Numbered from the whole stretch's first letter, positions 13,319 to 26,846 are shown. The stretch is 63,508 nt of DNA, filler included, from Folioceros fuciformis (GCA_049999805.1; 3 parts of 3 records of this genome joined end to end with filler, not necessarily neighbours in it); one strand, 5' to 3'. Notes: a model not told the origin generated them from the letters alone. Made by a program: numbers and translations.

Positions 13319-15919
13319 TCACGAGTGTACTCCTTCCTTAAAAGGACTGGCCTCCTCCCCTAGCTGTTGAAGTGCCAGACCAACCTGCAGGGAACCGATA
13401 GGGCTGAGAGTCAGCAGAGGGCTACAATGGGCTGGAGCTATAAGATAAAGCTGGCTTGCGTCAAAATCACTAATGATGTAAGAAGAGACCCGAGACTCAC
13501 TTGTCTTGTTTCCCTAGTGAGAAAGTCTGAAATTGCAGAACGAAAGTCTGCGTCTGTGATGAAGTGGGAGCTGTAGGTCGCAGTAGGCAGGTACCCACGT
13601 TGTATTTTGTGCTCACCTTGTGCTCCAGCTTCAACGCTTTTAAGTCCCCACTCGATGGCTGCATCTATTGCCTAGAGAAAGACGTGAGGGGACGCCGTGT
13701 CGCTCAGAGGCACTTCGTCAAGAGTATAGCTACAAGGCAGAAATCGGAAGGTAATTGGGCAAGTAATACATACCTGGTAGTAGCAGGTCTCAAAGTGAAG
13801 GTTGGGGTAGTGGACGTACGGACTGCAGCCCCAGTTGCGTCCATAAAGTGTCTCTCCACCAACAAGGTTGAGAGCCCCGGCAACAAGCTGCCCTCCTTCT
13901 TCTGCTACTACAAGAAGTACACGATCTCCCAGACGAGAACCCAAGAGATGGAAAAAATCCCGTGTAAGATACGCCTGTCCCCACCTGGCGCAGTTCCATG
14001 TATGTGAGACCTTCACTGATAACAGCAAGGATTCTGAAAGGGAGACGCGTGTGCTTACTTATTGTCAGTTGTGTTCCGATAGAATTTGTAAAAGGCATCC
14101 CAGTGGTATGGCTGGAAAGGAGGACATACGTCAGACTCTGCAGTTTATGGTGGTCTGTACGAACATCCATGAGCAAATGGAGTCGCATTTGTTACTCAGG
14201 TTGACTGACCTTGATATCGTCTCCCCGCAGTCTTTTCAGGGTGAGGTTTTGAGCTAAAATCTGTCACAATGCCAAAACCACTCGACAGGTCCACGGAGTT
14301 CTCCTTGGTCCCATCAAGCAGTATCAATGACAGTAGAAACAGGCCAGTCCTACCTTCTTCCGTTCTTGACGTATGGCCTTCCTCTTACTTTGTTTAAGGT
14401 CCATCAGAAAATCGTCAAAGCTGCACACGAAAAGGAAGGCCAGACAAGTACGTAAGGAGAATGATCACCTACTGAATTGCTTTACTACCGCAAATCAGGG
14501 CCAGAAGGAGCTACCTCTTGTAGTTCCGGTTCTTCCAGTGATACTGCATGCCAATGCGCTTCAGGAACCCATGCTGACCCATCTTCTCCCAATCATGTTT
14601 GGTTGGGAACGTCACATGCAACGAAGACACGCCAAACTGGCCAGCGTACAGCTGTTAATCGTGGCTGCATTGCTAGTCCTGCGTCTGACCAGAAAAATAC
14701 ACCTGCGGAAAGAGAGGGCAAAACCCGTTGTCCATAGTCTTACTTGCTCAGCTAGCTGTTGCATGGCTTTGCACAGACCACCAAAAACCAGGTCCCTGTT
14801 GGCCACACTGCGAATCAAGATCCGGGGTCCCGTGGCTGGTGTGAAAGGCACACAAGACTGCAACTTTGGATAATATCTTCCCCCGTATCGAAGGTAGGCA
14901 TTTGCCCACGAATGGTCAAAGACATACTCACCATACGAATGGCTGAAACAACAGAACATAATACATGCTTAAGGTTCCAATAACCATGCTAAACAGGCCC
15001 AGCACTTTCACAATTGCTTAACAATCCCTAACGAGAACACTGTCAGCTGATTAAACAGAGGCACCTTTTCAAGTACATAGGTACAACTCCCAGTACATTT
15101 CCCTCATCATCACGTGCAACCAGATGTTGGGGAAGCCACCCTTCCTCCTGTGTATCATGAGAGTGATTTTTAGAACAATCACAATCATCCAAACCGTGAA
15201 AAACTCGATGTGCTCATACTCTTCCTTTTTCAATTTCAGTCCCGTATCAAGTAAGGAGATACCTGCGAAACACTTTTGCTCTCCTCCAGGCTCAGCAAGA
15301 AGGCATGTAATATAAAGGGATTGGCTGCCTCTTCGCCTGTTGCACCCAATGCGCATGCGTCCCACTCCTTCTCCGATATCAAGGCTATGGAAGACACTAC
15401 CGACACCGTTATAGTAGAAATCGCTTGAGCCACATCCGTTATCTGCTCTCGGGAGCCCTGCATAACATGCGAGGTCTTTTCAATGCCATCCCGCTTGGTG
15501 ACTGCAAGTCCACAACCAAATACTGATGTACAAAATACTAATGCAGTGGCAAAAGACGTAATCCGCTGGAGAACACCAGTACATCTGTACTCGATTGCGT
15601 AATCTGCTCGGAGCGTATAATAAAATCCCGCTGAGGAGGTGCGCTCAACTGCTTGCTTCTGTTCCCACCCCAGAACAAAGCACGGATCCTGATTGCGTTC
15701 TTCCTTTTCCTCAGTCTCGTCGAATTGCCCTGAAACCCAATATCAGAACTCAATCTCTCGACTCCAGCCGCACCTCAGCTTAGCCCACAAGGAATGAATG
15801 CTCACACTCTGGTCGAGCCGGAGGAGTCCTGCAGAGGACGGGCATGGAGGGCTACAGCAGGACTGCCACGAAATAACTGTGGGTGCAGAGTTGGAGAGGA
15901 GCTGAAGACCGCCCGCCAT
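13319..15919 (-). CDS. FemAB-like GNAT-fold protein (DUF482 type), probable plastid transit peptide, multi-exon
   Basis: NPFILHAFLLSLEESK; SHSYGEYVFDHSWANAY..YYPKLQSCVPFTPATGPRIL; LYGRNWGC..LHFETCYYQ; EAGAQGEHKIQRGYLP; Ser-rich N-terminus. Confidence 0.9.
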
Positions 15920-16273
15920 GGCTAGCTCCTCTGCCACAGGGCGACGTCACCGAAAGCCTGCTGTTGGCCGATGCTTCGCCATGCCGGATCAATGCACTCC
16001 AGAGGCTCTCTGTCGGTAACAGACGGTCCTGGTCAGGGAATCGACGGGACCGGAAAGGCAAATGACCGTCTTTATTGAATTGGTGGCTGGGAATACACAC
16101 ACACAGATGCCTGAAAAAGCCCTAGATTATATTGAAGTACTCCTGTGTGACGATCCAACACGCTTGTGTGAAGGATCAGTGAGCAGAACACTGGTATGGT
16201 GACATAAGAATGCAGCAGCTGCTGAAAGTCTGACACTAAAAATTCGTTCAGACCACAGCCTCCGTAATAGTCC

Positions 16274-17786
16274 TCAAAAGGGTTGTGAATCATCAACTTG
16301 CCCCGCAAGGACTGATGGAGGGGATAGCTGGGAAGGCTCTAGGAGTGGCACCACAAAGGGGATGTGGGTATTGAAGAGTGTGATCACACCACCCTGGAGA
16401 GCATTACTGTGCAGCTCGGGTATTCCTTTGTAGTAACCTTGTCTTCTCATCGCACTGTGTACCTTTCGCCTAGGGTGAAATAAAGAACACGAGAGGTTGT
16501 TAGCTGCCGAAGAGGCAAATCAGGCAACTGCAAGATACGGGGAATGAAACCCCAGTGACACCGCTTACCAGTAACGACTCGTGGAAAGATGGTGCCAAAA
16601 TTGAGGACCTCCATTGTGAGTGCGCGCAAGAGTCTCGGAATCTCCATACTCAAGGGCCCATGGACACCAGCGTAACCAGTAATTGATCACGGTGCGTTCT
16701 GCATACTCCACCTCCTCGCAATCAGCGTAATTGGCCAGGTGACTGGCTTGCCACCAAGCATCCGTGTGATAAGGAGTGCTGAGGACCAACAGAGGGGCCG
16801 CTATGCTTAGGATCGGTGAAGGCGGACAACCGTGATCAGTGCAAACGAAATCCGTGCGACCAAACCAGATAGCCCCGCCTTGGATCAAGGAGATCTTCAC
16901 CTTATCTGCAAAGGACCGATGCTGAGACCTCCGTCTCCAACAGGAGCCGGCATGATGAAGCTTGTCTCCACATGCCTCAAAGCGTTGAGTAAGATCCTGT
17001 ACCGCTCCCGATAGTCATCTATGTCACTCGCCTCTGTCGGCCAAAGAAGACAGAGACAAGACATCAAGCACTGCAAAAGATCATCTTCCGAATTCCACAG
17101 CCAGAGATCCGCAGCAAGACGGTGATCCTTCACGAAGCCACACCTTTTGGAGAAGGAAAGACGTCAAAGAACTTGGCGTTGGCGACAGCAGCTAATCCCT
17201 TTATTTTGGCCCTGACCGACTTGAAATTCCAGCCCGGCCAGCGCCTCGGCACTTCCACCGCCTCTTCCGGAATAAACAGAAGATCGCCGGGGTAAAGCAC
17301 GTCCGGAATGCTGCCGTTCGTCTCCTGCAGCTCCTCCAGCGTGAGGCCGAAACGCTCCGAGATCTCCCATGCCGAGTCCCCGGGCTCCACAACAACAGCC
17401 TTGGTCTGCCTGCGACGCGTGGGAGCTGAGGCTGGATCCGCGCCGCGGGTAGGCCCCAGGGAGGCTGCGGGAAGTGCCACAGGCTTGGCCAGCGACAATG
17501 CGACGGATGCAGCTGCCAAACCTGGTCCGGAAGACGAAAGAGCTGAGGCGATCGAAGCGGGTGCGGCACAAGAGGAAGGCAGGCATGCAGAGGAGGAGGA
17601 GGATGGCCGGGGTGGCACCTTGAGCACTTCGCCGGTGAAGATGAGGTCTGAGTGAAGGTTGTTCTCCATCTGGAGATGGCGCCAGGGCACGCCCAGGCGC
17701 TCCGCCAACGTCCACAGCGTGTCTCCCTCCTCAACCACGACAACCCCGCTACTGGCGAAACTGTCGCCAGGCGACGCCATCGCCAT
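16274..17786 (-). CDS. 2xLysM + invertebrate-type (destabilase-like) lysozyme-fold protein, 4 exons
   Basis: LysM1 VVVEEGDTLWTLAERLGV..LIFTGEVLKVP; LysM2 VVEPGDSAWEISERFGLTLEEL..LYPGDLLFIP; spliced C-terminal domain LRHVETS..GDGGLSIGPLQISTPYHTDA..YAERTVINYW.R..ETLARTHNGGP..TSRYWRKV. Confidence 0.8.
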
Positions 17787-18217
17787 AGCCTTCGCACCTA
17801 CCCTTCCTCCTCCTCTTCCTCCCCGCCAGATTGCATTATTGGTGCTCCTAAATGCTTTCACGCCAAATACGAACAAGAAAAGCCTTCTCTGCACCACTAA
17901 TGGCTGCCGCTGGTGTAAAAGTCTTCCTAGAGTTGGTACAAATTGGGTTAAAAACGAGTGCGTTCAGCTCCCAAAGCCAAAATGTCCTGGTTACTTCGGA
18001 CACGCGTTACCATTGTGACCGTGCACAACAGACAGGATGTCCAACGATGAATGTGAGCTCCATTTTACATATCAGGTAGACAGCGAGGGCACCAACTACA
18101 ACTGAATCAGCCCATCTCGTCTTTGCTATTATGAAGTGGATGAGGTGACCGAGGGCAGGGATTAATGAGGAACACTGATGGTTCCATTTTCTTCGTCGAC
18201 CCAAAACCCCATATGAA

Positions 18218-21200
18218 CTAGCTTGCAGCAGTTGGGAGAGGAGGAAAATCAAGGGGTTCTCCAGAAAGTCTCACCCGCTGGCTGAACCTTGCCAAAATCT
18301 GGTCTACTTGATATTCTGCGTTGTCCACAATGGACTGAACTCGGTCATCCCGGAACAGTGGGGCTGGTGTCCATATCTCGAAAGCATCTGGGGCGCGAAT
18401 GGCAGGAGGCTCCTTAGCTTTCGCAAGTGGGCTCCTTGCTTCTCGGCTTGGTGGCACTACAGCAGTCTTGGGCCTGTTGCTGAGGGCATACTGATCAACA
18501 ATGTCATCCAACCTAGGTCTCTTGCCGAAGTACCCACCTGAGAAGGAATTCTCTGTAGCATACGGCCCACCCTGTACTGCAATGGTGGGATCCCTGGGAA
18601 ATACGTACACTATGGGGGGCGGTTCACTGCACAGTAATGATAGTCGGGAGTGAAAGATATTTCTGAAGACTTCGGGCCAGATGGGCAGCACCGATGCTCG
18701 CCCAGACTCCAACCACTTGACTTCACAACTGGTTTGCAGGATCTCTTCTACCTCTTCTTTCACCGCGATGTTAGCTTGTGCTCTACCATCGAGCTGGCAC
18801 AGGTATTTCTGCAAAACCTCAGATGTTGCAGTTTTCTGTGCACTTACGTCTTGAACCACGCCTATTGTCGCGGTTGGTGCATGATGTCTGGAACCCCCTT
18901 CCTTGGAATCCATCGCTGGAAATGGAGGCAACACACAATACTGGAGCACCTGTAGCATTGGGTAGAGAGTCGCTGGCAGATTCCATCCATGTCTTGGAAA
19001 ATTTTTGTGTTCATAGAAAGCAGACTCCACTTCGGGTGGAGGCCAATGCAAGGCAGAAGAACCGGCAGCCTTCGATATATCCATTGCTGCCTGCCACAGA
19101 GCTCGGTTAAAAGAAACAATACAGTCTTGGGGCTTGACTGCTGAGACGGACCCCAGAGACTTTGACTCAACTGCCAAGTGCTCTAGCACGAGGTCTCGAA
19201 GATGCAAGGGGCAGACATTCGGCTGCTTGGGGGACCGTTCAACCAGCCACCCAACACCTTTCTGCAAAGCCTTGTCATCTAAAAATGCATTATCAGACCT
19301 CCCCTCGCCTGCCTCGCCAATAAAGATAACTGTGGAATAAGCAACCTGACTGCTAGGGAGCTCCTGAATTTGTAGGATACTTGCTAAGGCAGATTCAGCA
19401 TTCTCCCCTACCAGTTCCTGCTTCTCCCAAAACTGTGTTCTCCATTGGCTGGATGCAATCACAAGCAGAGGCAATCGAGCCCCAGGCGTTATTGACTCAA
19501 CCACAGCCCGCAGCCGTGTCCGCTCCTCAATTATAGGAACGGTGTCCACCAACAGAAACAAGACTCCCGAGGCTCCATAAAACGACTCCTTTGAGTCAAC
19601 GCTGTCTACACCAAGTCCTACGTCTCTGACAATATAACTAAGGACCACACCATTCAGCTCCGCAACCTCCACTGCAAAGGAACTGCCTTGATATTGAAGG
19701 TCCGCGCTATTCGAGCCCTGCAAATGTGTCCGGCTCTTCAAAGAACATGCTGTGACCTTGCTCCATAACCACCTCCCCAAACGCCGCAAGTGCTTCCCGT
19801 GTAAGGCATTTTGGTTTCCCATATCCCTCAACCTGGAGCAGACGACCAGCTTCCAACATATGCACGTTGCTGCAGGGTTGTTCTTAACCAAGGTGGCAGA
19901 AGTGATGGACAGAATATCCAAACTTGCCCACATCTGTTCAAGTTTTTCCCTGCGAGTCTTGTGCACCCGATTGAAATTGAGGTCTTTCAGGTCCAGCTCG
20001 TCAAAATTGAATACGCCTTCAAAACTCTGAAACACCAAACAAACTGAATCCATAAGGTCATCAATACACCCAAACTACATTTGACTGGACTAGCACACAT
20101 TCCAAGTTGTGAACTCTGACCCTTTGCCCTCGCAAAGGCGGTCCAGCTGACAAAGACAGGAGGGCTGCCTGCGCCCTTTCTCTGCGACGCCGTTTTAGTT
20201 CCAGTGATGCTTCTGTCCTCGACTTCCATCTCTTCAACCAGAGTCGTGTCAATCCAAGATATGCTTCTTCTTTCTCTGCTGCTATCCTCAGTTTCTGCTC
20301 CTCCTCTTCCTGCCTCTTCTTCTCAGCAGCAAAGGCTTCTAGCCTCCTGCGCTCATCATCCTCAGCCTTCCTTTGACGTGCAATTTCCTCGGCTCTCCTT
20401 TGAGCAGCTACTTGTTCCCTATAGTGGGCGGCTTCACGGGCTCGTTGTCGTTCAGCTTCTTCTGCTCTAACTTCAGCCCATACACGTGCAGCTTCTAGAG
20501 CCCTTTCCTGCGCTTGCCTTTCTAATTCCCTCCGATAAATCTCCTCATCCCTTTCTCGACCAGCAACTCTAGCCAAGTTAACAGCTCGTTGTTGCTCTTG
20601 ATGATCCACTTCCCCACGGAACCTCCTAGCTCTGTCACTCCCCACTTCGATTTCAGAATCACTTTTCCTTTTCCACCGCTGAGGACTTGTTTCATGCTGC
20701 ACAACCATCTGAAACTCAGGGTGGCTTGCACTGACTACTTGCTGCTCCTCTTCATAGTCCGGCATATCTTCTTCAAGAGCTGGAGAACTTGGTGAAGGAA
20801 GAGACCAACCGCGATCATACTTCCTCTCAACAACAGAAGGCTTCGGAGGCAAAATATTGGATTGGAATCTGCCATAATTTTGCACATCTGCAACCACTCT
20901 TGTAGACCGCTTCTCCACGACCAATTGAGAACGTCGAGTGGGAAAGGGGGTCTCAGGGGTCACATGGGGGCCTTCTTTAACCAGATATTTCTTTTCATAA
21001 TCCTTGACAGCAAAGCCAACTGACTCGCTATACGCAATCAGAGTGTCTGAATTGTCCTCCTGCTCTTTAAAGACATTAATATCAAGGCCATCAAAACCAG
21101 AATAATCACATCCAAGACTGCACCAAACCATGTGCTTCCTTCAACTTAAGGTGTACCTGTATACCAAGCCAGTCCACTACTTTTGACACAGGAATGCCTT

Positions 21201-22994
21201 GACTCTTCTGTAATCCACTGTGGAGAGAGGCTAGGGCTTGTACTCGCAGCTGGCACACATCAGCGAGAAGGCATGTTGGCGTCATCAGACTAGATACCAT
21301 TCGCTACAGCAGCAACGTCATACAGTGGTACCGGGACAGTCTGCACCCTCCCCCTGCAGCTTTGTTGTGGCTCAAGAATACCTTGGAGAAGTGAGCATGC
21401 ATAAGACAGGATTGCAAGTACGTTGCTTTCCTTGCAAGCCTGAAGAACGCAATGTAGTTGCCACTCCGGCTAGCTCTGCATTCATCCAAAACTACTGGTG
21501 AACAACAACAGAAAGCGGCACGTCTAATCCAATCCACGAATCCTGCCGCTTGAATGGGCCTAGAAGAGAACCAACCTAGCCACCGCCCGTGCAAATAGGA
21601 CTTCGGGAGCATTTCTCAGCTCCGGCGTCATCTTTGAAAGATCCAATGACAGCTCAGCTGGTTCAACCTGGCCACATACCGCTTGGCCCATGTCAGAGAA
21701 AGAACTTTGCAGCAAATAGACATGACCCACTGCTTGAGAGAAGGGGGGGAAGGAAACGAAAAGCGAAGCATCCAGTAGTCATGACCTACTGCTTGAGGGC
21801 TGCACGTCAGACATACCAGGTAGCCAGGGTGCTTATCAAGCTTAAGCAATGCATAGTAACCCCTGAACTCAGGTTCAGACGCCACTGGGGTTCCTCGCCT
21901 ACGATGATCCACGTACATCTCAAAAAGGTCCACAGATGCTTTATTCATCTGCTCAATGTTAAGATGAGGATCAAACCCCTCATTAAACCCTTCCCCTTTA
22001 GCATACTCGCACAACTCATGCATAGCGGAAATGTGAAACCGTATCTGCACAAAAGCAAGTCACTGAGCAGCCTGGTCGCAACAACGCAGCCATCAACAGC
22101 TGCAAACAGTGTCATCTCTCACAACTCAGCAGCTCAGCACAAAGCAGCAACTCCAAACCCACCATCTGTTCGTGCATTCGAATAGCCTCCAGATTAAAAA
22201 TATGCTGCATCCTCAAATCCATGCGCACAGCTCTCATGCGGTCCCACAAGAAGCTGTGCAAGCCGAGCAGCTCGTCATCATACGGCCTATCCAGCAACAT
22301 GAGCAAATGATCCATGGTCTTTTGGAGGACTGGCAACGGCCGTATAACCGATGCCTCTTTATCTGCAGTCCTCGTGTACTGGAACATATACAACAGCGAG
22401 ATAAGCATCCATCCAGCCTGCGAACCCCGCGTTCCCACCGTCCCACATCAGCCAAACTACTTGCAAGCAAGAGAGCAGCGAGCCGCACAGCACCTTCTTC
22501 ACTGCCAAATACACACTACTCTGATGCCTATCACCATCGAGGCGTTCAAACTTGTCCAAATCCCCCTTCCGCTCACGGGCCACGCGTTCCACTTCAGGAC
22601 ACATGTCAGGGCAAGTGCCTAAGATGGCGTCCCGACCCTGCCACTCCTGGTCTTCCATCATCTGCTCTCCCGGCCCCTCCACAGCTGTCGGGGCCACCAT
22701 TTCCGCCCTCTCAGCTCCAAATCGCTGCAACCTCCTAGCCTTTGCCTCCTCATCCCTGGCAGCATCAGGCCCCGCCCTAGCAATACCGGGGGCCTTCCCC
22801 CTTGCCGTGGGCGGAGTGTGCACTCTAGTGGGGGTAGGAAACCGCTCCGCCTGCGGCCTCACCCTAGGAGGACTCGGAGAAGCTCCAAGCTTCCCTGCAG
22901 CTCCCGCTCCGGCTGCATTCGGAGCTCCTGCTCCCCGCCCGAACATCACAGTCTTGTTCGGCGGTACGATTGGCCCGCTACTGCTAAACGCCAT
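18218..22994 (-). CDS. SAC3B: SAC3/GANP family protein B (TREX-2 mRNA export), multi-exon
   Basis: [100 protein letters not shown]. Confidence 0.93.
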
Positions 22995-23778
22995 CCCACC
23001 TCCTTTGCTTTGCAAGACCTCCCTCGCAAATCAGCAGCTGGTCCCTCCCTAGCTTCATCAATTTCCGGCTACCACTTCGTAGCTCAACTCGCAAACGTCA
23101 AGACGGACCCCCAGCTCAGGTTCTGACGACAGTCTCCAACGGGCGAGGCAGTTGAGAATGAGAGTACACTACATTCAAAGATTTAAATAGGTATGTATTC
23201 TTCTCATTTTCATTTTATATAGGAAACAGCTACCCATGTCATCAGACTCCGGGTACAAAAGGCACGTCTCTCGCTTCTAGGAATTTAACTATCTCCTATA
23301 CACTATGGTTATGTTGAACCAAGATGACATTAGCAGTTCTTCCTACTAGGAGTTCTTAGCCGTCAGAGGAAGGGTCAGGAATCCGATTGGAGCGCTGACC
23401 TGTTGGAAGGCAGGCATCTATGTTCCACATCTCTGCCCTAAAAGAGCTCGAGTCACAAGTTAACACAGCACTGCGCCTTCGGCCCTGGACATGAGTCTGA
23501 ACGAAAGGCAAGCTGGCTTGCTGACTGGCCAAGTTGTCTCACTTCTGCAGCCAGCCATCAGGGATGAGAATCTGCATCTCGGAGGCAACGCCTTACACAT
23601 TACCATTACAATTCAGCAAGGCGAAACGAGTCTTACAACCCGGCTAATTAAACCTCTGCCTACCAACACCGACGTACGCCCGGTTCACAATTCCCCTTGA
23701 CATCCTCAAAGATCCCGAGAAAAACGTACTTCAAATCAACCTGTGGATTAGGCAACTGGAGAGTTATCAACGAGAATT

Positions 23779-24006
23779 CCCAGGTCAGGGTTTCGGGTAT
23801 CCCAGGTATCCCAGGTCAGGGTTTCGGGTATCCCAGGTCAGCGTCTCGCCGGTGTGGTATTATCATATTGGCCCAAACTGCAATCTCGTCATTGGGAAGG
23901 AACTGGTGATGACTCCAGGGAAACGATCTGACCACGCCTGTCTTGGTTTGGGGGAACTGGTGATGACTCCACGGAAACGATCTGACTACGCCTGTTTTGG
24001 TTTGGG
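23779..24006. repeat. Two short tandem duplications (~31 bp and 54 bp)
   Basis: CCCAGGTCAGGGTTTCGGGTAT x2; GGAACTGGTGATGACTCCA.GGAAACGATCTGAC..CGCCTGT.TTGGTTTGGG x2. Confidence 0.85.
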
Positions 24007-25249
24007 ATAGCGATGCTGCACAAACCAAAGAGACGAAAGCTCCTTCATCTGCAGCGTCAGCAGGCACAACAAAATTGTCGCAAACCGCTCCGAAATCTCA
24101 GCCTCGGATTCCCTGAGCTAAGGAACGACGTTTGTTGGACCTGATGTGGCACTGGAGCTATGTACAGAAGAAGTTCAGGAGAATCTTTCCGCGCTTGAAA
24201 AACCTGAAAGTAGGCACCACCTGCAACCGCACTTCCCTAGCCAATTCCTGGAACAAACACCGAAAAGCTTAAGAAGCAGGCATGACTGAGGGCACAGCAA
24301 TCAGCAGTGTTCATTCCGATCCTCACTTGCATGGACCAGCAGTGTACAGGGTCTCTACGTGTACGGGAGCGATGGCAGCCCCATTGTCATTGTCCTTGCT
24401 CTTCCGAGAAACCATCGAGCGGGCTTTGACGCGACTGTGTCACCCCGGCTTCTCTTCAAGCTCTCACCGGGCGTACTGTGGTCTCTGGTTCTGCCCGCTG
24501 AGTCGACTCAATCCAGCTCTGCCGTTCGTGAAGTCGGCTAAGTAGACTCAATCTGCTCGATAACAAGCTTTATTGTGACTGTACAGGATGTTTGTCGAAA
24601 GACGAATGCCTTGCTGTTGCAAAGCTTCCACAGCCTGGAATTCATGTTCGAGCTGCAGCCCATCCTGGTCCCTTGTGTGCAACTTCCCAACTCCACAACT
24701 GTCATCCCGTCCCGATCTGCACCATTGCATGCACAAGGTGGGGCCCTAGTTAGTAAATGAGCACACAGGAAGATGCACATCCAGGCAGGTAAGGAAGAGG
24801 AGTTACTTGCCTCAAACCAATTTCTCCTTGGGAAACACCTGATGCTGCCCTTTGCTGACCACTAACTGCTTTTCTGCCATTCCATAGCCACCCCTTTGCT
24901 CTGTGTTGGAAAAGGTTGAAGAGTTCTGACGCTGCCTGTCAATCACGTATCCGCAGGGTCAATTCTTCGAATACAGCTACTGTTGCACGTAAAAGGAGGA
25001 AGAGGCAGATGTCCAGCTTGCACAGTTTTGCATAACCAAGGACCAGGGAAGGAAGTATTACCACATAGCTCCCGCAGACATCGCCTGCCTACACTTGAGT
25101 CTGGCAGGTTTCGGAGATGTTTCGCTGCAGCTCATGGTTGCTCTGATGGCACCCCACGTCTGGGTGGCAGGGATCGTTCAAACAGCCTTCTTGGCTGCAA
25201 GTTTTAGGGCCCATCGACAAGGCATTCGGTGAAGGGTTTAGGGTTAGCC

Positions 25250-25312
25250 GGCTATGGCTATGGCTATGGCTATGGCTATGGCTATGGCTATGGCTATGGC
25301 TATGGCTATGGC
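25250..25312. repeat. (GGCTAT)10 microsatellite next to the telomere-like motif GGGTTTAGGGTTAG
   Basis: Seen directly in the sequence. Confidence 0.95.
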
Positions 25313-25666
25313 CCTCATCAAAATATCTTCTTCAAGGTAAAGCTTCTTCGCCTTGTCTGCTTCACCTAAGCAAACATACTCTCTACCATCTTCTTCAGTC
25401 TGGCCATGGGTATTGACGCAAAACAGAAAACAATCGTCCCTTTCTAAGGCAGGATGCCTGAGAAGGTGCTCCAACGTTGATTTCGCTTCCTTAAGGTCGT
25501 CCACCGCACAAGCTATCTCAAACTTCCAGGGCACACCGCGGAGAAGAACGTCAAGTCGCCCTCTGTCTAGCTGTCCTCCATCTCTGCCTTTTTCTATACT
25601 GACCATCATTGCAAGACCTGGCTGACCATCACCATACTGACCATCATTGCAAGACCCTTCATTCAC
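25313..25666 (-). pseudogene. Caspase-like (peptidase C14 p20) fragment, truncated before the catalytic Cys
   Basis: GLAMMVSIE..RDGGQLDRGRLDVLL...DDCFLFCVNTHG resembles caspase GLALIIN..R.GT..D...L..LF...DCFVCVILSHG. Confidence 0.5.
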
Positions 25667-26084
25667 CCTTTCGTTTGGATATCATGGTTCCTTCCCTGAC
25701 TTCAGTAGAGACGGTCCCTGTGACTGACTTTGGATATGATGGTTCCTTCCCCGAGGTTCTCCACACACTCAGTCCTGATGATCCCTTCCGCCAGTTCAAG
25801 TCCAGGATTCCCTTCAGGAGAAGCACAAAATGTTCTCAGTTTCGCAACAATACTCTGCTGGAGAAATTCGATCGTTTGTCTGTGCTCTTGAGTGACGTCA
25901 TCAAAATGTGAACAGGATCACCAATGTCCCCGCTCTCCTCCCCAATATCCCCACTGCTCTCCAACAATACGTCCATACCAAAGTAGTTAAATTTGATCAA
26001 GTTCCGTGCAATGCCATACTGATGACACTAAGGAGACTAGTATGAGCAAATTGAATCAGGCAAGCGCGGAAACAACTGGGGGCA

Positions 26085-26400
26085 ACCAGATTCTGTTGCC
26101 CGGTACCATGACTTACCCCTAGGATGAGAATGACACCAAGGCTTTACAGTGGGCCTCTATCTCTTTGGCAAGGACTTCCATATGGTGAAGATATTTGTTG
26201 GGCAGAAGGCCATGCATGCAGGATGTTCTGCACTTTTACTCAGCAAGTTCCATGGATCAGCGAGGTACAGGCGATGGTCGGGAGCAAGGAGAAACAGGGG
26301 CAGGTGTGTAAACGGGTCAAGCTTGGTTACAGGTTGGCGCCAAGAACAGCTTCTGTCTCCTTCTGTTCTAGACACTGCAAAATCTGCACTTGCTGAGGGA
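26085..26400 (+). pseudogene. Fragment of plant SANT-like ('RE-repeat protein-like') gene
   Basis: LLPGTMTYP*DEND..(frameshift)GLYLFGKDFHMVKIFVG..KFHGSARYRRWS..R..GRCVNG..LVTGWRQEQLLS. Confidence 0.7.
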
Positions 26401-26846
26401 CATACTGACCTGTCCAGGAAGCTATTGGTTGTGGCTGCAAGGCTTATCAGTTGCAGAAGCGCGGGGGCCGGCCCGTGCCAGGACCAGGCATGAGCAGAAT
26501 GGCTTCAAACTCACCAGCTAACCGTTGCTGGAATAAGTGGTTAACTGACTAATCCATCTGCTTATGGAACATCAAACAAAATACGTACACAGAGTGGTTG
26601 CTAGCGTTTTCTTGCGCCCAGTTGCCCTGGCATTTTACTTTTACTTGCGTTTGATATCCTCGGTGCCGTAGGGCCCAGGCAAGGGACCCATACCCAGAGT
26701 CCAAATCCGGAGCGTAGCACTGAGCAGCTCGGAAACTCGGAAAATATGTACACAACGGAACAAAACCGATGAAGCGAGGAAGTGGTTCATATTCTGTTGC
26801 GAAAGTGCTGTGCCTCCTGCAGGAATGCCTCCCTTCTGGTTGTCAG

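Noticed and set aside
24282-24760. Possible coding exon(s) on the plus strand
   Set aside because: In-frame stop and no family I could recognise.
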